A stretch of 64,000 nt of DNA, from the NCBI RefSeq assembly GCF_033153115.1, contig NW_026889758.1, positions 5,580,001-5,644,000 of the forward strand. The letters run 5' to 3'. The position numbers and the translations under genes were made by a program. Source of the stretch: Saccostrea echinata. Taxonomy: Eukaryota. Below the pieces are notes generated by a model, which did no database searches, was not told the DNA's origin, and saw only the letters and a program-made list of their open reading frames with translations. Below, one piece after another: positions 41,301-53,300 of this stretch (position 1 is its first letter; every line of letters begins with the position of its first letter).

Positions 41301-44300
41301 TTAGATACATCATCCATGCAAGTTTGGTTAATACCAGGCTTATAGTTACTATGAAATGAAATCTGCTCCAAAAACTTTTAACCTGGGATGCGGACGCCTG
41401 CACTGATGGTATTACATAAACTCCCCACCTTCATTGAGGTGAGCTAAAAATTCAAAATCCATATTCTTGACGTTATCATGAAACTAACTTAATGTCATAC
41501 TGGGCTGTGCAGCTTGTATATACAATCTATTCACACCTATAATTTTTGTAAAATAGTGTATACTGTTTAATTTTTATATATTTACTAAATCATGGTCTAT
41601 ATCAAAATTATGTTGTATACACTTGGCAGTGTGGTCAATATCAAGAAAATTATGGCATTTGTCTAAAAACTTTCTGGACAACCCTCATACAAGTACTCTT
41701 TTAACTCAAAAATCTTTATTAAGGTCATGAAATACTGAATTTTCATCTAGAATGTCACATTGATCTGCAAAACTCAAAGGAAAAAATTTGGTGGAACAAT
41801 TTGTTGAATGAAAATTTATCAAACAAAAATCTAGCATAAACCCATTATTAAGGTGACCAGAGATATATGTATGATCCTTGAAATTTAAAATCTTTATTAA
41901 GGTGACCAGGTATTCAGGGTTGTCCATAAGAACTGAAATAGAAAGAGGACATTTTAAAAGTGGAAGGTTATCTTGGATTCCTCTGCTAGTGAGGGTTGAG
42001 GGGGCAATGCCAGAATAACTGGGGGATTATGTCAATACAAGCGGCGAATTTACCTGGCCCCTGAATCTTGAGCACAACCGTGGGTATTCTGCATTTAAGC
42101 AACATGTTTCCTCACTATTCCTTAACATTGAAAAATAAAACATCCTTATAAATAAAAAATCTAGCTTACATGCATTAACCCATCATTAAGGGGACCAGAG
42201 ATATATGCATGATTCTTGAACTTTAAAATCTTTATTAAGGTGACCAGGTATTCAGGGTTGTCCATAAGAACTGAAATAGGAAGTGGACATTTTAAAAGTA
42301 GAAGGGTGTCTTGGATTCCTCCTCTAGTGGGGTTTGAGGAAGAAATGCCAGAATGACAGTGGGATTAAGTCATTACAGACAGGGAATTTCCCTGGCCCCC
42401 GCATCTTGAGCACAACCTTGGATATTCTACATTTAAGCATGTAAAACATTAATCAATTACATTTAAGCAACGTTTCCTCACATTTTCTTAAAACTGATGA
42501 ATAAATTAATCCTATAAATCAAAAATCTAGCTTACATGCATGAAACTATCATTAAAGCTGACATGAATTCTTAAAAGCGCAACATTTGCATCAATGTACG
42601 ACTTGTTTCATACCAACTAGCCATATTCTGCCATATTTCTTTCAGATACCTTGTCTTATTGTAACAATGTATACCCCAATGCCCTCGTTACACTTGAGTT
42701 TTTGGTTTGGCTATCGACGCGTGCACATCTCCGATAGTAAAGTATCTTGGAACACATGAATTGATGAAAACATTTCAAGACCATAGCAGATAAAAACAGT
42801 CATAAAGATATTTATAAGTATCGTTTTGAATAATATAAATGCAAGTTTGGAAGAAAAAAACATAGTTGTGCATGTTCTTTAAAAGCATGCCAATATACAG
42901 ATATATAGCATAATTGACTTGGAATAATTCACAGTAAAACTTGTACAAACAATCTGCAATTATCTATTGTAAGAATGGAACAAACAACCAGCGTATTTGA
43001 TATGCATGTCCATATGCAAATATAATGATGCATACCGAGAGAACGTGTCGAACGCTGTAAACTTATTCATACCTCCAAAATAGACCACTGTACTCGTTCG
43101 AAGATGTGCACATGCCGAGTGATTTACATCTTGTATTTCATTGAAATATGCAACACAGAAAAGTAATAAACTCTATAAATAGTCAACAGTAAACACGTTG
43201 TCATGTCATCATATAGCCTACCACTTTACCTGAAAAATCTTTGACAAGCTAAAAAAATGCTCTGGAAAAATGGTAGGAGGCAACCCCAATCCACGCGTTC
43301 TACAGGCCTGTCTTTTATGGTTAATTTTGTAACTAAAGGATTTTTTTAAAGAATGGCTGGCTCTCCCCACTCTCATCCAACGATACTGTATTGTATACTC
43401 AAATATTTTTCTTCCAAAAATGATAGTATGAATGGAATCTGTCCTCCCCCTGACTACGGATATTTTTCAATCCCTGTTTTCCTTCTTCATTTTTTCCATA
43501 AGTATTTTGGTATTTTTCTGCATCCCTCTCAATTTTTAAATGCCTAAAGTTTTTTTTAGTTTTTTTTTTTGGCTTATCAATCATTTTACTGCCCCCCGCT
43601 CCCCATCATATATACACATTTTGAGAAATGGTGCTACGTGCCTGTTTTATATGTATGTATAGGAAGCCTTTCCAGGTTGAAAATTTTCCCTAGATAATAT
43701 AAAATTTGATACCTATACAATTTCTTGTATTTTAAGAGAATCTGTAAGGATTACTTGAAACCCTAACTGCAAAATTGTGGATAAATATTTTTTTGCATTT
43801 TCATACAAGTATACACACACACACTCTCTCTCTCTCTCTCGTGAAAGCATACGTAAGAGCAATAAAGCGTACAAAATCTGATGAACTACAAGCAAGTTAA
43901 AATCATTGGAAATGCTTTACAAGGGCAGATCAAGGAATTTTTCCGGAGGTGGGTGGATCAAACCTGCTGAAAAAAAATGTCTCATTTTTTGACAAGCCAA
44001 AAAATAAATAAACAAAAATAAAACAAAAAACAAACAACACACCTAAACACCCAAAAGGGGAACTAAACAATTGTGAAAACTATATTTCACGGAAATGGAA
44101 ACTGTGCACCATTCTCACGAACTTTCCAGAAGGAACGAAGTCATTTTTTTGTTATTTTATACCTATCATAAAAATTTTTAGACAAGAAGAAAACAATAAA
44201 CAATATTAAAATTTAAAAAAAAAAAAAACTTTGGGGGGAGGGGGCACTCTCAGAGGCACATTACTTTCATATAATTATATACTAAAAGTGTAATACATGT

Positions 44301-47300
44301 ACTTACTCAGCTTCAATTTAAACAAAAACATGTACTGTAGATTATTTTATATACACATAATTATGTCTGTTCTTGTTGGTAATTGTATCAATCATGCTTG
44401 TCATTTGTGATGCCTGAAAGGGCCCCGATTTGAAAATAATCTATGTACAGAAACAAATTGTTCAGTGTGTGTAAATTTATGATATATTAGTTTTAGTTTT
44501 ATATCTAAAACAGTTGAAGCCAGTTCATTGTACGTATTTAAATATCTTTGATCAAGGAAAATCCGAATTTTTTCCAACGTTTGTTTAAAATATATTGAAG
44601 AATGTATTATACATATTCCACCCCCATCCCCCTCCTTTCATTTTCTTTAAAAGATGTAAGATCCGTAACAAGAATGTATGTAATGAATTGACGCTTAGAG
44701 CAAAGTGATTTTTATTCCCTGTGACTTTAAAATATATTGTAAACTTAATGGATATAAAGAATTACACTTATAATGAAGCAAAATTCTCCATCCCTGGCAC
44801 TTCGTTATAAGCATGTTTTACTGTAATTCTTACAAAATTTTGTGATAAAATATCAGGAAAAAGATGACTTTTGGTCACAAAACTCACCTGAATGGGATTG
44901 CATGCATAATTTTATTTTAAATTTCTTCAACACTAAATATTCTAATGGTTAAATTTCATCAAACAAACAGCCCTAGGAATCAACACTTTAAATTACCTCA
45001 ATTAAACACCAAATCATCCTTCCATTCTCATAGTTGCACAACACTTCTTCTTCATGTAAGTCCTTTCTTGTCAGCATGTATATGCAACTGTTTTCTTTTA
45101 CCAAAACTTTTAATTCGATCCATTGATTGATTTGTTTCATTTTCATTGTTGACATCTGTAGGGAAATAAAAGTTTCATAATTACATGTATTTTAATCAAA
45201 CTCAAAAGTACCTCTCTTAACAGATTATTAATCACTCTAAACTCTAAATGTTTTCTTTCACATGAAAATAAGTCATAACAAACACATTTTTAAAATATTT
45301 TAATCTGTAATCTACTGTAGTAGAAAAGGAATGTATAAAGAAAATAAAAGGTTGGAATCAAACTAAGGACACCTGTTTCACAAGTCAATTGTTCTAACCA
45401 CTGAACTATCAAGGCTGATTCATATAGTCTAAACTACTATTTTGTTCACTCCTTCAACAGTCTTTGATCTCAAAGACACGTAACAAGTTCACCTATCTGG
45501 AATTAATCACAAGCCCCCACCCCCACCCCCCATCTGATCACACCTTTGTTCGAATTAAAGGAAGCTTTAAACACTGCTCACTGAAGAGTTCTACATTTAG
45601 TATAGGTATCTCTCAATACCTCAAAGTATGCAGGACTGCAATCATGTGTTGTGGGTTTGTGTTCAGTAAAGTGTGCAGAGTTATGCCTAGGTCACATTTA
45701 AGCCGATGGTCAGGCAAATCAAATTTTTGTCGTATCGTCGGCTTAAAAACATGATCAGCCGACAGTAGTATCGAGCGACGTGGAGCAGTCACATTAATTC
45801 CTAAGAACACTGATAATTTTCAAATATTAGATAATTCTAAGTTGGCCATCAGTCGCCCAATCATCGTTCACTAAGCCACAAGTTGATTTTCACCATCAGC
45901 CAACATTTACAAAAACCCAATTCCAATAATGTTGACCCATCGACGACCGACTTTAAGAACTGTCTACCAATGTTCGGATGATGATTGAAGGTTGGTCGAC
46001 AGACTATTGCACGACTGCTTCAATTCAAGGAATCGGCCACCAACGCAGAGAAAATTATAACATGGCCCAACAGACACAAAATTGGTAGGCTGACAAAAAA
46101 AGAGGTCAAAATCGGGCAAGACAATGGCAGATGAACAGATGACTGTTGCCTGAAGAAGGTATTTTTGCCTCAAAAACTGTCGCCCGTTGATCTTTTTTGG
46201 AAAGTGACTGGGGTTTTTGAAAACATGTAAACATTAAAACATAGACACTTCGAGGTATTGAGAGTAAATAACAACAAATTATGCATATCAAGTCTGCATT
46301 TTGACTTACAGGGATCATGGATTTCTGAATCAGGAGACTGAGAGTTCAAGAGATCAAACGTAAATTTGCTTAGTTATATAAGTAAAAATATCTTTGTAGT
46401 CACCTTTTTATCACCTGAAAAATTGGAATTTCCCTGTTAATTAACTACCATTTTGCTTTCTTCTTTGTTTCGTTCAAAATTCATTTAATTTTCCCTTTTT
46501 TCTCACCATTTTTGCAATGAGGTCAGTCATATTTGTTAAAGGATTTTGTCTCTAATACAAGGAGTAACTCTATATCTGTATCTACATAACCACAATTCAG
46601 ATCATAATAGAATTTGGCATACATATTACATTTAAATCTTTACATTTTGCTGCATGTTTATGACATCATGGTATGAAAATGAAGTCAATATATTGATGAC
46701 TTGTGTCAAAACCAGAAGTCTCTGATGAGACTGTAGCTCTTCTGGTTTGTACTTAAACAATTTTTTTTTAAAATAAATAATTTTTAATTAGACAATTTCA
46801 ATATATTTATGTGTGTGTTAATTAATTTAACATGTTATAATGAATATTGGACCATAATCTGTCGTTGTAAGCTGGCAACACAGAGAAGAGTAATTTGAAA
46901 TGCAAGTCATGTACACTAAACAAAAGTAGGCTCCTGAATAAGTCCCGTGCATCTCGTTATATCCGGAGTCCACTGTACTGGGTTTCTGGTCTTTGTTATC
47001 AACTAAATTCTTGTTTTGTAATACAGAGGAATATGAATAGCAAGTTTAGTTATTACAGATCCATTGGACCAACCATATTTTCATTAATTTTGGGGATAAA
47101 TGACTATTGGGAAAATTAACACATTCAATTGGGAAGAAAGGTACCTCTTTTGAATTAGGAATGGGGCCCTTGAATGGCCCTAATTATAGACAATCGAGAG
47201 CCCTAAGGCATCCAGGTGTGGTTCCCCGACAGCTTGGCGAAACAAATTGAATAACTATCCTACTTTTCCCCCCCTTGGGATCCCTAATTCTAAATGTTAT

Positions 47301-50300
47301 ATGCAAAGCCAGCTGTTATAATACTGCTAATTTCTTTTCCAAAACTGGTTGTTTTACCATTACTTTCATCACCATGTCTCAAAGAAAAATCCAAAAAATT
47401 TCAAGAGTGAGAAAAATAAAAATTCTTTCCGATGGTCATGAACATACACCTGCCTACCAATACATAGCTATAAACATGTGGTAAGCACTTTTTATGGCTG
47501 TAATGTATTACCAAACATTTTCTAATGTAGTAGGTTATCATTACAGAAAAAAGTTAAAATCTGCAGTTTTTAACACACTGAAATTGGATTCCACGTAAAA
47601 ATACTAATTACAGTTTGTGTACACAATGTGGCATGATTATCTCATGCAGAAAGACAATGGGATTAGTTAGATACGCTTCATTGCATATGATACCTGTGAA
47701 ATTGATTTGAAACTGCACTTCTTTGTCAACTTATTTAGTACATACTTGTCTTGTTTAAGGTAGTTCTATACTCAGCCCTAAATGGGCTCAATATTGAAAA
47801 ATCTGCTTTTATAAGATAGACATATATCCCAGCAATGGAAAAGCATAAGAAAAATTATATGTCAACATGTTTATTTTTCTGCTATGGCCTCTCAGACTAT
47901 ATACCCCGAAATGTAGAATACTGAAAATGTACCTATCCACGATTTTGTCTATATATCAGAAATAAAATCTAAACAGTCAACTTAAATACACAGAATAGAA
48001 TAGAAAAATTTTAAGGAACCATATTTAATCATTGTTTTGCGTGAATTATTTTAAATATGTGCACTTTGTTAGGCTAACGTATCAAAATTTAGTACGAGAA
48101 AATATGCTTCACAGGTCAGTCTCCGTCTTTTTAAAATATTTTTATGGACTCAATCTTCAAAAATTTGCTTTCTTTTTACTAAATAACATCTAAGAAAAAG
48201 AATAAGCTAAAAAAAATTATATGTTGACACATTATTTCATGATATGGGCTCTGAACTAAAGGTACCCCAATGAAATTTCTCTTCCAAAAAAAAGATATTG
48301 CCACATTTTACTATAATACAGTTAAAGTTTGAGTGTACATTTGTATTTACAAAGTTGTACATATTTAAAACAATAATAATACACACCAATATCTATTGTC
48401 CCTAAAATTTATCTTGTTTTACAAAACACTTGTCAGTGAATTAGAGACAATGAATCAGAACGTGATTGATGATCTGGTTAAAGAAGTAAGTGTGCTGCAA
48501 GTGAATCAACTATTTTCTTATACTAGTATTCTAAAGATAATTTTGATTTTTGTGATTAAATGTGATGGGTTTGCAGGGGGGGGGGGGGGGGGTATGCGTC
48601 TTATGTAATAAGTATTATTCAAGATAAATTTGCAATGTTTGAAATAATAAAACTTGTCACTGTCAAATCATAGCAACTCCTTTTCTTGCGAACTATCAGT
48701 GTTACGGTAGCTTCAACTTGTCCGCTGACAATAGTCTGTCTGTCGCATTGATTTGATATTTGTAGCATACTCGTCCATGTTATCGGCATATTCTCTTCTA
48801 CAGAAAAGTCATTTATATTATATCTTTATTACCTTATCGTCTTTCTGTCAACCGACCAAAAGTATTTTCCAGCCTTCCCTTTTTTTTTTTTAATTAATTT
48901 CTCCTTAAACAGAAACTGTATAAGCAATGTTTGTAAGTTTGTTGACGCGACCAACTCAGAACAAAATTGTTACCGGATATTTAAAACGCCAAGTAAAAGT
49001 CAAACCAATATAGTTAAAAAATCACACCTCGGAAATAAGAAGTGTGGTTCCAGTTTTACTATTCGTTAGTGACGTAGTGCGAGTATTGGTCTACTTTAAT
49101 GACATTGTTACATAATTTAGCTAATAAAAAAGAAATATCACCTCTTTACTTGACTACTGACGACATATTTATTATTTATTTGGTACATTATCAGGTCTGG
49201 ACGATTTCCAAATATGGAAGTCAAGAACGATAACTGAAAGTTGCCATAAATATACATCATATACATGTAAATATTTTTCTGCCCAATCAGAACACAGCAT
49301 TTTTACACATCCCAAAACATATTTCAAAGGGGTTAAAGTTAAAACTGAATATGTATCCAATAATCCACCATCTGAGCTCACCCAACGGCGATACTGTTAA
49401 CATACAGGGGTTTTTCTAGGTCTTTAAATCAAGAGCCTGGGCTTTTCTATTTGGAAAAAATAGCAAAATTTGGTCGTAATTAGCAGCAGGGACCTATATA
49501 CTGTTAGTAAATAGGTCCCTGTTAGCAGATTAGAGAAAATATCATATTTAACATTTTTTTCTAAATGAAATTTAGTTTTTCTTCATTTGCAAAGTATTCA
49601 TTGACTTATTTTACATTCAGTTAATCAGTTTATGGAGCATGCCTTTTAAATTTTTTTTAGCATCATTCCTGTTACATGTATTCATGTTGAGGGCTAGACA
49701 AATAGCATTGCCCGACACCCGGGACAACCAATTTCGTTTGGCGGGCAAGTTATTTGATAACTGGTACCTGCCTGTGGACAAGTGTTTTTCCAGTTAACAA
49801 AAAATCCTATACTCAAGTGTTGTTTTTTTTTTACCGCTGTTAAAATATAATGAATCATAGCAGAACATCTGTTTTCGATGCAGTTGACCGCTACATCGAA
49901 CACTCAGTAGGAACTCCTCTAGAATTGCCCATTCATGTTTTGATAAAATATGCATGAGAAGTAGAACACGGCAGGTATCAATGTCATGTCAAAAAAGTTG
50001 AAGAGGGTTTTGGACCTTTCTTTTGTCAAAATGTAGAATTCATGCCGTGAATACACGATACAAACAAATGTGGCTGTTATTAAATTGGAGGTGTTGACTG
50101 GCGAACACACACAGTCATGAAGTTGAACCCTTAATTGACATTCAGGAGTGTTTTTCATAACACAATAATGTAGGTACCGGTGTATTATTTTCATTTAAAA
50201 AATTCAGAGAAATGTATAAGTACATGTTTATGTATATACATTGACATGTACATGTATTTAAAATTTTAAGTTTAATAATCATTGCACAGCGCAGACGCGA

Positions 50301-53300
50301 GGAAGTCTCCCTAGAATTAGAAATTTCCCCTTAATTTCTCCATGGGAGATTTGTGATTTTGGGTCAAGGTTGGTCCTAAATGTTAATGATAATATTTTAT
50401 TTTTGTGTTATTTAAGGAAAAGGTGGGACAAGCATATTTTTGGTAGGACAAGTAATTTTACGATGGTAACCTGTCCGAGGGCAAGTACTGACAAATTCTA
50501 TTTGTCTACCCCTGATGTTACTGAGTTCGACGGACATTATTTTAACCATACTTGTTTGTTTCGATTGTCTTGTGTGAGTTCTTACGTCCACTGTTCTTGG
50601 CAACTTAGCCAATCTTCCCGTTTCTGACCACTCCATATTGACTTCGGTACAAATTATGAGAGCAATGAATTCCTAGTAACTTACCCAAATCTTTGCATTT
50701 AGGCGCCATATTGAGGACATAAAGAATTTCGAACCCGATCTAAATTCAACGGATTTCTCTAAAATCCATATCTTCTAAGTAATTTTTAATAAAATTTTAA
50801 ACTCCTTCAAATTTTCATTAATCATATAAATCACATTTTCCCCATTATTTTAAGTACAACTGGAAGTACATGTTTCTCATTTATTCCTTGTAAATAAAAT
50901 TTCACATCAAATATTTATCTTTCAAATTGTTTAACTTTGTGTTGCTGGAATTCAGTTGAACCTGACTATCCTAAGAGCAGACTATTATCCCCTCTTAGGG
51001 TAGCAGTACAGTAGAATAGAGGGCCATAGGAACAGAGAAGTGGTAATGGTGGGGAATGTTGGACGCAAGCCCCCCCCCCCCCCCCTTGAAGAAACACTCA
51101 AAAATATTTTTGAAACAGAGTAAATCATTATTCATTTGTTTAAAGTAACACTGCCAGATTTTCTTTATTTTATATGTGAAAAATGACTTCAAGGATGCAC
51201 CAGAACCCACCAAAATGTATATTCATTTATTAATGATTTTAATTTAAGGATTGCACAGGATTGAGTCCTGGAAAAATCGTGTGGGTGGCATATGCCCCCC
51301 CCCCCCCCCCAAAAGGTATAAGTAACACAGGCATTTGATTCGATAAAAAAAATTAACCCATAGTATAATAATATTGCGTTATTACTATACTATGGGTTAA
51401 AAAATTTATTACTGAAACAAGTGCCTGTGATAAGTAATTAGTAAGTAAAAATACTAATAAAAGTACTTCATAACATACTAATTGGTACAGTTTCCCCCAA
51501 AGAGGCAAATTAAGTAAGAAGTAAGTACAAGTAAACCCAATTTTATTAATACACCAATTAGCACAGTTATCATACATGTAAGTACATGCATCATACAACA
51601 AAAATATGTATGTATACTTATCCTGAAGCTTTTTTGACATTTAAATCTTCTATTTAGAATTTTATTGATTTTTTTTTTTAAATTGGGCAGTTGTGGTACA
51701 CTACCCCCATTTTATATCCTTTTTCTTTTGCTAATAAATACATTTTATCATTTCATATAAAGACTTCAAAATTATCTTTGGTAGACCCAGGATTTTTTTT
51801 AAAGGGGGTTCAACAGGCTAATAATGGGGTCTGAGCCAGTGAGGGCAACCTTGTGGCCCAGTGGGTAAAGGACAAAAGCCCCTTTAAGCTCCCAGGATTT
51901 GGGTCCTTTTTAAATCATTTTTGTGAGTTGTGTTATGTATATTTTATGTATAATAAAAGCAATTTCTAGCAAAAAAAAAAAATAATGATTATTTCACCTT
52001 TACTTAATTTTGGCACACATGAGGGGGAAGGGGTATATAGAAACTGTTTTAAGAACAGTTTTTTACGGTAATAGAAATTTCATATTCTCCAGGATTTTGG
52101 TTTCAAAATACGAATAATAGATTTACCTCCTAAAATTATGTTTCTGGGGAACATAACAAATTTTATTTTAATGCTTTTTAGGCAGTGAAAAGGAATTATA
52201 CACTTAAAGACCTTGAAGACTCAGATTCATATTTGAGTTGTTATTTATATAATTATGATATTTGCTGATAAAACAGATTATGACATAATATTAAAAAATC
52301 ATTTATACCTAAAAATTATCAAATGTAGTACCTCAGAAAATTACATGTATTAATAGTCAAATTATTGTTACTACAAAATAACATATCTTAACTTATAATA
52401 TCTAAAATTATAGACAGAAACTGTTTACATCATTGAAAACTGCAGAATAGAGTAAAAACCTCTGCAATACCTTAAATTCTTGAACATGTAATTGTAGAAG
52501 TAGTCTTTGACAATATATGACATTGTAAGTCTTGTTCAAATCTTAAACCAAATTTTACTCATTGTTCAAAAATTGAAGAGTGTCATAAAAGGAAGGAGGT
52601 GGCTTGTGTTGCATTAATTTTTGTAGAATCGTTTGTTATTGTATCTCAAAACACAAGTCCCAGATTCTCGTACACAAGAAACAACCCCCCCCCCCCCCCC
52701 CGCGCTTACTATCAGCTTCTTTAAATAATGCGTCAATCATATCCATGTTTCAAATGTCAAACCATGAGCATCCACAAACTTAATAATTAATTAAAATAAA
52801 TATTTGATGATTTTAAAAAAGATGTATCATTATGAATGAAAAGAAATTAAAAATGTGTACATGTATTCAGAATTTCCTCGACGTTCGCAGTTAGTCAATA
52901 TTGACGCTATGCAAGCGCGTCGTATAAAAAAGGGGAAAATAATATACAAAAGACGTATAAAACATAAAAAAAACAGCTGCAAATGATAGTAAGTAACAGA
53001 TTTATACTTACGAAAAAGGATCCAAAGCACTTCGAGGCGTCTGCCATCGTCTTCTTTTCTGGTTCTCCAGGTCGACCGGAAACCAGGCAACTTATTGCCA
53101 GACAAACATGAGTCATTTGTAGACCATGAATTTTCGAAATTTTAAATACTGAACTCACGAATGAATGAAAGGTAAGAAAATATAGGAAATGAGTAAACTA
53201 AATGGGATATTAATTAAAACTATTCATATATAGCTGATTTTGTTTAATATTGCACTTTTTCTCTGGGCGACTTAATAGATATATATATTCCTATGAAAAT

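Noticed and set aside
45680-46250. CpG-rich patch as a promoter or exon
   Set aside because: It consists of degenerate cgac/gtcg motifs typical of a decayed DNA-transposon interior, with no coherent ORF and no paired ends that I could define.
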